From a virus: 64,000 nucleotides of DNA. Under the pieces are notes generated by a model, which made no database searches, had not been told where the DNA came from, and saw nothing but the letters and a program-made list of their open reading frames with translations. Every line of letters begins with the position of its first letter. Within the stretch, counting starts at the first letter, position 1. A program made the translations under genes and the position numbers. This document shows, piece after piece, positions 1-9,944 of the stretch. The stretch covers positions 1 through 64,000 of the IMG/VR virus record IMGVR_UViG_3300037418_003024, one strand, 5' to 3'.

Positions 1-79
1 CTATCATTCGCAAGGAAGCCGCAGGGCGAGGTATGGATCTAAAAGCAGTTCAGGCAGAAATTGATAAGAGGATGCCGTA

Positions 80-535
80 ATGTCGGACAAATGGCGTGGC
101 CAATTAATCGATGGGCTATTCGGCTACGACTACGATTATGTTTGGTGCCCGCGCAAGCTATTAGAGGCTCACCCAACAGTAGTGCGCAGTGTAATGAGGT
201 CGGTCACGCATTTCAATGGCCGAGAATATCTTCGACGAATTGGATGGCGAAACCGATTGATTTTTGACGTTTTGAAAATGTCCTACGTCAGCCATGATGG
301 AAGCCAAGCGGTTACACTACGCCAACTCGTAGCGTATAGGACTAGTCAGAGCGGACCACGTGACAGATGTCGTGAATTTGCGAAAGTGCGCGGCAAATCA
401 GCACTTGTTTCGATGTCTGCCCGTGATGCTTGGTACACGTGGTACTCAGGCATTCGCAAGGTGGAATCGTTTTACTGCCACGCCGGGCCGAAACAGCGTG
501 AAGAAAGCGGAGGACAGGTCGGATGGTACGTCTGA
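80..535 (+). CDS. Hypothetical protein
   Basis: 151-aa ORF with GAGGA upstream; no recognised motif. Confidence 0.5.
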   Translation: MSDKWRGQLIDGLFGYDYDYVWCPRKLLEAHPTVVRSVMRSVTHFNGREYLRRIGWRNRLIFDVLKMSYVSHDGSQAVTLRQLVAYRTSQSGPRDRCREFAKVRGKSALVSMSARDAWYTWYSGIRKVESFYCHAGPKQREESGGQVGWYV

Positions 536-879
536 ACAATAGAACGGTTACGTGTCGTCTTGTTGGCCTTAGCGTCGACCTTGATGACGCCATGCAGTTG
601 TCAAAATCATTCTCCTGCGAAGTGGTGGTGCATCTCGGGAGTTCGGCGGTCGACAGCCCGTCCTCGCCTCTTCAGCGATTCGTGCTACTGGAGGTTACTG
701 GCGACTTCAGTGTAGAAGAGATTCAATCGATCTACCGGTATGCCTTCGACTGGATTGGGCGGTATTTCGTACCTGACGTTGATGGTGAACGAAATCGCTT
801 CTTGGCTGTCGAAACCGTTTACATCGAAAACGGCAAGTCTGGACGTTATCCGTATGACAGACGACAATCGCACACCTGA
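523..879 (+). CDS. Hypothetical protein
   Basis: Overlaps the previous ORF; GGAGG upstream. Confidence 0.5.
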   Translation: MVRLNNRTVTCRLVGLSVDLDDAMQLSKSFSCEVVVHLGSSAVDSPSSPLQRFVLLEVTGDFSVEEIQSIYRYAFDWIGRYFVPDVDGERNRFLAVETVYIENGKSGRYPYDRRQSHT

Positions 880-1111
880 CGGTCGCCCGTATTATCTATT
901 CGCCGACGGATGGCTCAGCGTCAAGAACTTCGACAACGACACAGAAGAGAAAGCCGTAGTCGCGCACATCGGGCATCCCGTCGGGCCGAATATGTACCTG
1001 GCGGCAACGTTGCGGCTAGATGAAGCTATTGCGTTCCGAGACGCGCTGAACGATGCCATTGAGTACGTTCAGGAGTGGAACCGAACGAAGGATGAGGGCA
1101 AAAATGAGTGA
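854..1111 (+). CDS. Hypothetical protein
   Basis: ATG 854 (MTDDNRTP...), part of a coupled small-ORF chain. Confidence 0.55.
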   Translation: MTDDNRTPDGRPYYLFADGWLSVKNFDNDTEEKAVVAHIGHPVGPNMYLAATLRLDEAIAFRDALNDAIEYVQEWNRTKDEGKNE

Positions 1112-1358
1112 TCAGCAAGCACCATCGAAACCTGCGCTGATTGGAATGGCTGGACTGGCTATCCTGGTCGAGGTCTTACTCGCAACGCCGTCTGCGGCCT
1201 TGTTCATGTTGGCCCTCTGGGGAATCCACGCCCTTTCACACGGGCCGTGGATAGTATGCACAATGTCGGTGGTGGTGCTGATGTTTCTCAGCCGGATACG
1301 AACCGGCGTCACTGTCGAATGGGGCAAGCTTCGCGATATGTGGAGTGCGTCAAAGTGA
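1104..1358 (+). CDS. Small membrane protein
   Basis: Two or three hydrophobic segments; GAGG RBS. Confidence 0.6.
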   Translation: MSDQQAPSKPALIGMAGLAILVEVLLATPSAALFMLALWGIHALSHGPWIVCTMSVVVLMFLSRIRTGVTVEWGKLRDMWSASK

Positions 1359-1618
1359 AGTCGTTCACGAAAACCGAACACACGCTGCAGATACACGGGC
1401 CGCGCGAACAGGCATGGCGGCCGGCAACCGATTACGTCTCGGCGGAGGCACGTCGACTGGTAGCCACCGAACGATTCGTTGAGGCCATCGACGCCGCGGA
1501 AGTCAGCTACATCCAGCAGTACGGGAACATGCACGGCGTACGGTTCCGCATCCTGACCGTCACGAAGGCGGTTACGTTCAATGGGGCGGCCGATGAGGAG
1601 GCAATGAACGATGTTTGA
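1355..1618 (+). CDS. Hypothetical protein
   Basis: GTGA start/stop overlap, GGAG RBS. Confidence 0.55.
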   Translation: MKSFTKTEHTLQIHGPREQAWRPATDYVSAEARRLVATERFVEAIDAAEVSYIQQYGNMHGVRFRILTVTKAVTFNGAADEEAMNDV

Positions 1619-1820
1619 ACCGATTCCCCTGACAGCGAGTGAAGTTGAGTACAACGCGTTCATGGAAGCGTTGCGACGACGTATAAATGATCCGCGCTGG
1701 AAATTGCCGCCGTCTGCGCTCGGATTAAACTCTGCGTCCTCCATGTTGTTCCTAGATCCCGTGACTGGCCGCGAGGTTGGGCGTATCGTTAATATCGGCA
1801 ATGAAAGGCGGGATCGTTAA
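1611..1820 (+). CDS. Hypothetical protein
   Basis: GAGGAGG RBS, coupled to the previous ORF. Confidence 0.55.
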   Translation: MFEPIPLTASEVEYNAFMEALRRRINDPRWKLPPSALGLNSASSMLFLDPVTGREVGRIVNIGNERRDR

Positions 1821-1821
1821 T

Positions 1822-2025
1822 ATGCCGTGGACGATGCAAGGACGATATGTCCGTATGGCACGCTGGAATCCGACTTATGAGCAATGGCGAACCGAGTGGC
1901 ACATGGTCGGCTCCGAGGCATTCGATAAGCTCGGTCGGAGCCTGCATTGGTTCTACGTTTTCTCTGGGTTGGGTAGGTCGCTGTACAATGAATCTGGACG
2001 ATTTTCGTTTGGATATCGAACCTAA
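1822..2025 (+). CDS. Small Trp-rich protein (MPWTM- start)
   Basis: ATG 1 nt after the previous stop; same first five residues as 9945..10106. Confidence 0.45.
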   Translation: MPWTMQGRYVRMARWNPTYEQWRTEWHMVGSEAFDKLGRSLHWFYVFSGLGRSLYNESGRFSFGYRT

Positions 2026-2190
2026 TTGCGGTCGTTGGACGCCGAAGCGACCGGTAGCCGGGCAGAAGAGTCAGGCATTCAAAGTCCTGTCCCCGAGACA
2101 AAAACAAATCAGGCGTGAGTTCGCAGACGCGGAAATCTAGGCCGAGTCCTCAGACTTCATCGCCCGGACGGGCGCACGGCCTAGTACAGA

Positions 2191-2430
2191 TTGAGAGGGT
2201 TATTCGTTTTGGGTCTAAATAAGAACCAGATGCAACGAAAGCTTGTCGATGCAAGTAAGCGGATGATCGATGTGTCGATAGAAGAACTGCAATTCGACAA
2301 ACACAAGATTAGCGCGCTGATGATATTTTATCATCACGACACCCGAACCGTAGCCGTGGTCGACAATGGAAATGGTGAAGCCCTTGCGGCTGATTACTTG
2401 AGCAGTATTGCTAAACGAAAGGCCAATTAG
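2191..2430 (+). CDS. Hypothetical protein
   Basis: 79-aa ORF filling the gap; start uncertain. Confidence 0.45.
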   Translation: MRGLFVLGLNKNQMQRKLVDASKRMIDVSIEELQFDKHKISALMIFYHHDTRTVAVVDNGNGEALAADYLSSIAKRKAN

Positions 2431-2435
2431 GAGAC

Positions 2436-2912
2436 TTGATGAAAAAGCTATTCTGGCAGGTTCCCGAAGAAAGCTCCGCAACGCACACAGCGTTCATGGG
2501 ACCGGTACATGATCCGGTAGGCGAGCCGGACGAACACGGCGACATTATCTGTGCGAGCGTTCTCGATAGTGGTCTCCAGCACTTCAATGCGCTGGGAAGC
2601 GTTGTCGACTATAATCACATGTACGAAAAGACGAGAGACCCGCGATGGATACTCTCGAAGGCCGAGCCGTTCTTGATAGACGAGGTACCGCATCTGCTGA
2701 TCCGCGTGCCTAACGATCACGAGTTCATCGAGAAGGTTAGAGCCCTTGGAACCGATTCGTTTCGTTTCGGGATTGCCGGCCATGCTCGGCACAATCCGAT
2801 TGAGCCCGGCGTAATCACTGAGATGTGGATTCACATGGTTTCGGTTTGCCCTGTGGCTGCTGTTGCGGAGGGATCGGAGATTGAGGAACGAAATGCGCGA
2901 AAGAATGCTTAG
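2436..2912 (+). CDS. Prohead-protease-like paralog, probably catalytically inactive
   Basis: Aligns by eye with 11517..12578 (VDYNHMYEKTRDPRWI vs IDYEHQYPKTKDPKWL) but has RFGIAG where the protease has GFSIWG. Confidence 0.65.
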   Translation: MMKKLFWQVPEESSATHTAFMGPVHDPVGEPDEHGDIICASVLDSGLQHFNALGSVVDYNHMYEKTRDPRWILSKAEPFLIDEVPHLLIRVPNDHEFIEKVRALGTDSFRFGIAGHARHNPIEPGVITEMWIHMVSVCPVAAVAEGSEIEERNARKNA

Positions 2913-3240
2913 GGTGTCTTCAAAGCAAGCGTCGGAGATCGGCGTCTTGGCGAATGACTGCCGGAGTGTTGTGGCTGTTAACTTTCACTGTGCTATGCGA
3001 GGTCAGACGGAAATCACTTTCGACGAAGCGCGATGGCTGGCCGGACTGCGCAATATCCTAGGCGTTGAGATTGTAGACGCTCTCATTGCTGACGGGCAAA
3101 CGACATCGGTCAATATAGTCGTCGACCGTTATCTTGATATGACGGAAGAAGAGAGGCAGCAGTGCGCGTCCGATAGAGCCGAACAGGTTGCAGCATACCT
3201 AAAGACATGCGCACTCTACTCGACAAGCATGCCTCCATAG
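2893..3240 (+). CDS. Hypothetical protein
   Basis: Coupled ORF, GAGGA RBS. Confidence 0.5.
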   Translation: MRERMLRVSSKQASEIGVLANDCRSVVAVNFHCAMRGQTEITFDEARWLAGLRNILGVEIVDALIADGQTTSVNIVVDRYLDMTEEERQQCASDRAEQVAAYLKTCALYSTSMPP

Positions 3241-6200
3241 CTCGCGAACTGACCGAATCCCTCGACCCGCATCGTGGCTACCGCCGCGAAATGTGGGGCG
3301 TTCGCCATGGCCGCCTCCGCGAACCCGGCATCCCCGCCTACCATGTAACCGCCCATCTGCCTCCTGACTTCTCCAAAGACGAAATCGGCCTCTTCCGCAA
3401 TCCGCTTGCCAAAGACCCAAAGACGGTCGCGCTCGTCAAGGCGGTCGACGCCAATCCCGACGGTTCCCGCTGGATAACGATCCATCCACACGGCGAAGAC
3501 GAGAAGGGGCAGCCGGTCCTCATCCACCCGAATCCTGACGGCTCCCACACAATCGTACGCGGGGCCGGCGGTGCCCTAAATGGCCTGCGCCTCACCGGCG
3601 TCAAGAGCGAGGAGGAGTACAAGCACCTGGCCCGGCAGCGGCGCGAGGAGAAAAAGGAGGCTATGCGGCAGAAAGAGGTTGCCGACCGGCAGCGGCTCGG
3701 GGCCGAAGCCTACGCGCAGCGCGTGGCCGATAAGCAGCAGAAGACGAAAGAGATCGCTGAGGCGAAGAGAGCGGCGGAACGGCAGTTCGTGGAGAAGGTC
3801 TTCGAAGCGCAGGGCATCGATAAAGCGCACCTCGACATTCCCAAAGAGAAGTTGGCCGGTGTTGCCGATGATAAGACCGCGCAACGGCTCCTGGACAAGC
3901 ACCATCAGAAGCTCGTGACGTACGCGAAGGCCGTGGCCGGATCGGTCAAGGAGATCGTGCGCGACGGGCTCGACCAGCTTTCGACCGACTCCGCCGGGGA
4001 ACTGGGCGTCTCCGACCTGGTGAACCAGACATTCGGCGGCGGGAACGGCTACGCCTCGCCCGCGAAGGTGCTCGCCGCCGACCTCGGCCTCGACGCCGCG
4101 GCGAAACAGGAGGCGGTAGCCGGGTTTCGCTTCCGTGATCTGCTCGAGCGCAATGACATGAACGTCGGCGCGGCGGCCGAGAAGCGTGAGCAGATCCAGG
4201 GCCGGACGGATGCGCGAAAGAAGGCGGAGTCGAAACTCAAGCAGGCCGCTCAGGAACTCGCCAAAGAAGGGGCCGGGCCGGAAGTCGTCAAGCAGTTCTC
4301 GGAGGTACCGAAGGTCGAGTCGATGGCGCAAGCCGTCGACATCCTGAAGGCCGCGCGCATGGCTGACCAGGCCGGGCAAGCGGCACAATCGCTTAAGCAT
4401 GAACTCGACATGGCCGACGACCTCGACAAGCTTCCGAGGGCGTCGGTCGTCGTCGCGAAACCGATGAGCGATGCGGAGGCCAAGGATGCGATTGCGGCTA
4501 CTCTTGGCGAAGAGTCCATGCAGCACGCGATGACGCGCCTGGTCAAGACGTCCAACGATCTTGAGCGCGAGTATGGCACGCTGAGGCAGCATTACTCCGT
4601 CGGGGCCGCTCTCGCGTTCAATACCATCGCGCAGGCCGTCGACGGGCAGACGGTCGACCCGATGCTGCACGATATCCTGGGCACGTCCGGCGCGGCGGCG
4701 GCCATCGTCGCCGGCTGGCGTCAGTCCCTCGGCGAGGACGGTTTTGCGAAGCTGAAGGACGTGCTCGCGAAGCAGCATATCAAGACCCAAGAGGATCTTG
4801 CGAACACGGCGACCGACGAAGCCAACGAGTACCTCGACCAGCACGAGGAGCTAATCAAGAACGCGATCGACCCCGACTCGCCGGAAGGGCTGGCGGCGGC
4901 CGTGCAACAGCACGCCGAACGAACGGAACTTCTCGCCCGCGCTCGTGAGTCGGTGGGGGTTGCCCGCGGGCGTCTCGAAGCGGCGGCGGCGCTCAATGAA
5001 GCGATGATGAAGGCCGGCGACAAGCCGGTACAGATTTCGCTAGGCAACATGCCGCTCGGCGACGCGCTCGCCAACTGCTACGCACTCGGCCTCACCGACC
5101 CCGTCAAGTTCGACAAGAACACTGGCGAGGTGCAGCAGGAAGGCGACTACGAGCTTTCGCGCGATGCGGAGAATACGATACTGACGATTCACCCGTCCGG
5201 ATTGTCGAAGCTGACCAGGGCGCCTGACCCGGAGCTCATCGAGCGCGCCGACAGATCGGCCGCAATCAAGGCCGGAAAGTTCGACGAACCCGACTGGCTG
5301 CCCAAAGGCATCAGCGATCGGCCACGCACCTCCTACAATGCCGACCCGCTCGAACGCAACTCCATCGACCATCAACTCGAACTGACCGCGAACATGACCG
5401 GCCCGCGCATGGCGGATGCCATCAAGGGACACATCGGCGCCTTACTGAACGCCGGCCGCGATCCTGACGATATCGCTTCGAAACTCCGGTCGGAGGAATT
5501 CGTTGGCGGATTGAACCTCTCGCCCGAAGCAGAGGCACGGTACTTGAAGGCGGTCAACGAAGTCGCGCCTGTCTTCTCGTCGAAGCCGGGACTGTCGGAA
5601 TCGGAGCGCGTCGAGGAGTTCAAGCAGTTCCAAGAAAAGCGCAAGGCCGTGTTTTCTCATTGTCTGGCGCAACATCTGGCGGCGGAAGCGAAAGCAGGTC
5701 GCCTCAATGCGATCGCGGCCGGGCTCGACAAACAGACGGTACCGACGGATGCACGTACTCATGATGCGTTGTACGTGGCGGCCCTCGCCGACCCTCGCAC
5801 CCGATTCGCGTTCCATAAGTTCGGCGATCTCGGCGACGATGGCCGGGCGGCTGTTCGCGCCTACGCCTATGAACACCTCTTCGGCATGGACCCCAAAACC
5901 GACGGCGACCAGATCATAACCCCGCTCACGGATCAACAACGGAAAGCCTTCGAGCAGTGGCGCGAATTCGACCACGGCAAAGGCGACCCGTACAGCGTCA
6001 TTCAGGAGCACTGGCGCAAGCAGGATGAGGACAACGCCGGGCTCTTCGGCGAGCCGGAAATACACCCGATTGCGGCCGTCGACATGACGAACGATGCGGC
6101 CGTCGTCGAGGCCGCCCACAAGTCGCCTCAGATGCTCGGGTACAAGCCGATGCGCACCGAGGGTAAGGACATCTACCCGGAACTGGAAGTAGGAAGCCGG

Positions 6201-8441
6201 TGGGTGTCCGATGACGGCGCAACCTGGCGGCAGTCGGACGTGTCGGATAGAACAGAAGAGAGCGTTGCGCAGGATGCTCGAACGAAGATTAAAGGTGCGT
6301 TGCGGCAGCATTGGCTGAAGAACATGCTCGGTATGTCCGACCTGGCCGAGTCAGGCTGGTCGCCGACGTCGGTGAAGACCGCCGGCGACCGATGGGGCGA
6401 GTACGCCTCACACATGGGCGAGGAGGCGGCGTACAAGACCGTGCAGGAGTTCATGGCCGGCGATCTGGTCCAGCGCTTCGCGTCGGAGCATGCGGCCCGC
6501 GGCGGACAGCCGTTCTCGATGGCCTCGCGGCCGGTCGACCGATCGGAACAGCACGCCGTCGCCATGCTGCCGCCGGCCGCTCGTGAGCGGCTGAACTCGA
6601 TGGACCAGACGGAGCGTGCGAACCTGCTGAAGCGTGTTCGTGGACGATGGGTGAAGACGGGATCGCTGAAGGACAAGCAGGCTATCGCGAAGGTGATGGA
6701 GCGTGAAGCCGGCGCCCTCTTCGCCGTCGGCAAGGACGAGGTGAACGTCAAGGTCAACCGTCCGACGATTGGGCGATCGGCGGAAGCTGCTCTCGCTGGC
6801 ATGCTCCCGTCGATGGACACGGCTCGCAAGATGCAGGCGGCCTCGGGCATCAAGATGTCCGGGCAGTTCATCAACCAGCAGAGGGCGATTAAGCTCTTGC
6901 TCGAAAACAAGCGGATGGGTGTCGCTCTTGGGGTCGGATCAGGCAAGAGCGTGGTTTCTATTGGCGCATTTACGCAGGCGCGACACGATGGCAATGCGAA
7001 GCGCGCCATCTTCACCGTTCCGTCCAATATCGTCGGGCAGTTCTCCGATGAGATCTACAAATATCATGATCCGTCGACCGGTCTTCGATGGGCGCATACG
7101 GAGGGCAAGTCGAGTGCCGACCGTTTGAAGATGCTCAAAGACTCCGACACGCACATCGTCATCACCACGCCGGAAGCGATGCGCGAGGACATCACACAGG
7201 TCGTTGCCAACCACTTGGGCGTATCGAAGACCGAAGCCCGCGACAGGATCATGGCGGAAGACGATGAAAATAAGCGGAACAAGCTCATACATGCCGCGAT
7301 GGACGCTGCCGGTATCCATTTCGATTTCTGCGCGCAAGATGAGAGCCATCGCATGCTCGATCGGGCAGGGAAACCGGACGCTCACATGGCGCGCGTGGGC
7401 GACGCCGTCGCCGCGAAGTCGAAGTACTTCGCCGACCTGACGGCTGACCCTGTCAAGAACGATGCGTCGGAGATCCATTCGAAGCTGAACCGCATTGACC
7501 CGAAGCGGTATCCGGAGTCCAGCCGTGGCGCGTTCCTTCGCCGCTACGGTCGTCAAACGATAGCCTCCGGACTTGCGCTGCAGCAGGAGATGCAGCCGTA
7601 CATCTTTGCGGACAAGATTGACCTCGGCATCGACAATGACCATAGCGTGACGTCGCTTGATTTGACACGGGACCAGCAGAAGGCGCACGATGGGATACTC
7701 GACGCCTACAAACGGGCACGATCGGCAAAGCGGACCGGCGGCGTCGACATCGACGCGCTCAAACAACTTTCGCCGAACTCGTTTAAGAAGGGCGACGATG
7801 AGGAAACGGTCGCGAAGAATCTGAACCGTGGACTCGCCACGCTCCGCGATATGGCGCTTTCACGCGTCGTGAACTCGCATCCCGGCGGGGCGAAGGAGAA
7901 CGCGGTCAGCGATTATGCGGCGAAGCACAAGGGTGAGGGAATCGTTGTCTTCGCCCATAATCTCGACGCGGTGAAATCGATCGCAAAGCGGCTGAAGGCC
8001 GAGGGGCATCGCGTCGGGATACTGACCGGCGAGATGAGCGGGAAGGCCAAGAACGCGGCCCGGCTCGCCTTCAATCCCGACCAGGGAGAACCGTCCGTTG
8101 ATGTCCTTGTCTCGTCGGACGCCGGCGCACAGGGCGCCAATCTACAGCGGGGTGCCCATCTGATTAACGTCGACGTGCCGCTCACGTCCATGATCCATCA
8201 GCAGCGAATCGGACGCATCCTCAGACCCGGCCAGAAGGCCTCTACAGTGCGTGTTCGCGACCTGGTGACCAAGACGGATCACGACACGCGCGCCCGGCGC
8301 CGGCTGGAGGCGAAAGCGCAGCTTCGGGAGCTCACGACCTCGCCGGCGTCCGCCATCGACGATAGCGGGCTCGGACATGCGATCGAACAGGCCCAGATCC
8401 GGGATGTGCTGAAGAAGGCGCAAAAGAAGAAGGCGGCGTGA
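3207..8441 (+). CDS. Large (1744 aa) protein with C-terminal SF2/SNF2-like helicase, possibly virion-internal
   Basis: Walker A LGVGSGKS, Walker B QDESH, motif V GAQGANLQ, motif VI QQRIGRILRPGQ. Confidence 0.85.
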   Translation: MRTLLDKHASIARELTESLDPHRGYRREMWGVRHGRLREPGIPAYHVTAHLPPDFSKDEIGLFRNPLAKDPKTVALVKAVDANPDGSRWITIHPHGEDEKGQPVLIHPNPDGSHTIVRGAGGALNGLRLTGVKSEEEYKHLARQRREEKKEAMRQKEVADRQRLGAEAYAQRVADKQQKTKEIAEAKRAAERQFVEKVFEAQGIDKAHLDIPKEKLAGVADDKTAQRLLDKHHQKLVTYAKAVAGSVKEIVRDGLDQLSTDSAGELGVSDLVNQTFGGGNGYASPAKVLAADLGLDAAAKQEAVAGFRFRDLLERNDMNVGAAAEKREQIQGRTDARKKAESKLKQAAQELAKEGAGPEVVKQFSEVPKVESMAQAVDILKAARMADQAGQAAQSLKHELDMADDLDKLPRASVVVAKPMSDAEAKDAIAATLGEESMQHAMTRLVKTSNDLEREYGTLRQHYSVGAALAFNTIAQAVDGQTVDPMLHDILGTSGAAAAIVAGWRQSLGEDGFAKLKDVLAKQHIKTQEDLANTATDEANEYLDQHEELIKNAIDPDSPEGLAAAVQQHAERTELLARARESVGVARGRLEAAAALNEAMMKAGDKPVQISLGNMPLGDALANCYALGLTDPVKFDKNTGEVQQEGDYELSRDAENTILTIHPSGLSKLTRAPDPELIERADRSAAIKAGKFDEPDWLPKGISDRPRTSYNADPLERNSIDHQLELTANMTGPRMADAIKGHIGALLNAGRDPDDIASKLRSEEFVGGLNLSPEAEARYLKAVNEVAPVFSSKPGLSESERVEEFKQFQEKRKAVFSHCLAQHLAAEAKAGRLNAIAAGLDKQTVPTDARTHDALYVAALADPRTRFAFHKFGDLGDDGRAAVRAYAYEHLFGMDPKTDGDQIITPLTDQQRKAFEQWREFDHGKGDPYSVIQEHWRKQDEDNAGLFGEPEIHPIAAVDMTNDAAVVEAAHKSPQMLGYKPMRTEGKDIYPELEVGSRWVSDDGATWRQSDVSDRTEESVAQDARTKIKGALRQHWLKNMLGMSDLAESGWSPTSVKTAGDRWGEYASHMGEEAAYKTVQEFMAGDLVQRFASEHAARGGQPFSMASRPVDRSEQHAVAMLPPAARERLNSMDQTERANLLKRVRGRWVKTGSLKDKQAIAKVMEREAGALFAVGKDEVNVKVNRPTIGRSAEAALAGMLPSMDTARKMQAASGIKMSGQFINQQRAIKLLLENKRMGVALGVGSGKSVVSIGAFTQARHDGNAKRAIFTVPSNIVGQFSDEIYKYHDPSTGLRWAHTEGKSSADRLKMLKDSDTHIVITTPEAMREDITQVVANHLGVSKTEARDRIMAEDDENKRNKLIHAAMDAAGIHFDFCAQDESHRMLDRAGKPDAHMARVGDAVAAKSKYFADLTADPVKNDASEIHSKLNRIDPKRYPESSRGAFLRRYGRQTIASGLALQQEMQPYIFADKIDLGIDNDHSVTSLDLTRDQQKAHDGILDAYKRARSAKRTGGVDIDALKQLSPNSFKKGDDEETVAKNLNRGLATLRDMALSRVVNSHPGGAKENAVSDYAAKHKGEGIVVFAHNLDAVKSIAKRLKAEGHRVGILTGEMSGKAKNAARLAFNPDQGEPSVDVLVSSDAGAQGANLQRGAHLINVDVPLTSMIHQQRIGRILRPGQKASTVRVRDLVTKTDHDTRARRRLEAKAQLRELTTSPASAIDDSGLGHAIEQAQIRDVLKKAQKKKAA

Positions 8442-8466
8442 TAGCAGGCGCGGGCGGCTCGGATAC
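8438..8466 (+). promoter_or_regulatory. Putative phage-sigma promoter (GTGATA-N16-CGGATAC)
   Basis: Motif recurs at 10627, 32159, 44747 and 47265. Confidence 0.55.
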
Positions 8467-8483
8467 TGTCAGTAGGGCGCTGA

Positions 8484-9257
8484 ATGACTACTGAACGAGC
8501 TATAAAACTGTGGCGTACGCGTCGAGACCGTCGCGCGGCTGAGTGGTTAGTATCCAACTGGACACCGCTCGCGATGCTGCTGGCACGCAAGGCAACGATA
8601 CCGCAAGCGGCTCGGCTCGAAGTCGGCGATATTGAGGCGATCGCACTCCACGTTCTTTGGAAGACGATCGAAGCATACACCCCGTCGAAGGGCGCTTTCA
8701 CAACGTACGCCTACAACCGCATGCCCCGGCTCATCACGAACCTCGCCCAAACCCATGTCGACGCGCCGCGTTGGGTCACGGACACTGGCGGAGGTGAATA
8801 CCAAGTCCAGCGTGCCTATCAACGCATGATGGTGCGCGACGGTTGGCCGCCGTCACTCGCCGAGATCGCCGCCGAGACCGGCATCCGTTCGGAATATGTG
8901 GCCGCCATCTTATCCCGTTCGTGGATGGCTTCCACGTTCACGGAAGTGCACGATGGGGACGGCGACATAGTCGACCTGGACGATTTACTCGATGACGCGC
9001 ATTCCATAACGGCATCCACGAGCGCCTATTCGTCCGACCCGGCCCGCGTCGTTGAGAAGCACGCCGAAATCGCGTTCCTACTGCGATGCCTCAGCGACCG
9101 GGAGCGCCGGATTGTCAGCGCGTTGTACATGGACGATCTTACGCTTCGCGAGATCGGGGTTGAGATGAATCTGACCGGCGAAGGCGTGCGCCGGATTGCG
9201 AAGATCGCGGTCAACAAGCTCAGAAGCTCCCAAACGGGAGCGGTAGCAGAAATATAA
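8484..9257 (+). CDS. Sigma-70 family (group 3, FliA/SigF-like) sigma factor
   Basis: Region 2 LWKTIEAYTPSKGAFTTYAY; region 3 PSLAEIAAETG; region 4 LSDRERRIV...TLREIGVEMNLTGEGVRRI. Confidence 0.85.
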   Translation: MTTERAIKLWRTRRDRRAAEWLVSNWTPLAMLLARKATIPQAARLEVGDIEAIALHVLWKTIEAYTPSKGAFTTYAYNRMPRLITNLAQTHVDAPRWVTDTGGGEYQVQRAYQRMMVRDGWPPSLAEIAAETGIRSEYVAAILSRSWMASTFTEVHDGDGDIVDLDDLLDDAHSITASTSAYSSDPARVVEKHAEIAFLLRCLSDRERRIVSALYMDDLTLREIGVEMNLTGEGVRRIAKIAVNKLRSSQTGAVAEI

Positions 9258-9272
9258 ACCTGGGGGTAACGC

Positions 9273-9638
9273 ATGTCCGATTCGGAAGCAACGGAAAAGG
9301 CGGCACAGCCGGCCGATGATAAGGCGGTAGAGCAACACGGTGAGATCCCGGAACTCGACCCGAATAATCCCGATGTTCGCACTATGAACTACAAGTTCAA
9401 CATGCGCACCGGGCATTGTTCGTTGTCGACGAATTGTATCGGCGCGGGAGAGACGGTAACACTCCTGTCGCAGATAATGATGATGCTGGGGCAGCGTGTG
9501 GCCGCCGATGAAGCTGAGTTGTCGATGCATCGCATCAAAGAATCCGGGGGCGGTATCGTCAAGCCTGGCGACGCCGGATTCGGGGTTGTGCCGGGCGTCG
9601 GACTGCCGAGCGTTTTCAAGGGAGGAAAGGCGAATTGA
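9273..9638 (+). CDS. Hypothetical protein
   Basis: GGGGG RBS, coupled to GroES. Confidence 0.6.
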   Translation: MSDSEATEKAAQPADDKAVEQHGEIPELDPNNPDVRTMNYKFNMRTGHCSLSTNCIGAGETVTLLSQIMMMLGQRVAADEAELSMHRIKESGGGIVKPGDAGFGVVPGVGLPSVFKGGKAN

Positions 9639-9934
9639 AAGAGTTGAGACTAAAACCGCTCGGCGATCGCGTCATTGTTCGCGAGGCAACCGTGACGGAA
9701 GCGTCTACGGAGATCGGGATTGCACTGGTCAATACTACTCCGACCGACGATCAACTGATGAGGGCTGAAGTCCTCGCTGTCGGTCCCGGCAAAGGGAACG
9801 CGGCACCGGTCAAGACTGGTGATATCGTACTCGTCCCGCGCTATCAGGGATGGGAGGTCAAGAGATTCCATCTCGACGGCGCTGAGCCCGTCCGCATGTA
9901 TTCGTTCGACGAAGTGCTCGCCGTTCGCGAGTGA
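9635..9934 (+). CDS. groES: GroES-like co-chaperonin
   Basis: LKPLGDRVIV...AEVLAVGPGK...VKTGDIVLVPRYQG...DEVLAV. Confidence 0.9.
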   Translation: MKELRLKPLGDRVIVREATVTEASTEIGIALVNTTPTDDQLMRAEVLAVGPGKGNAAPVKTGDIVLVPRYQGWEVKRFHLDGAEPVRMYSFDEVLAVRE

Positions 9935-9944
9935 GGACCACGTT

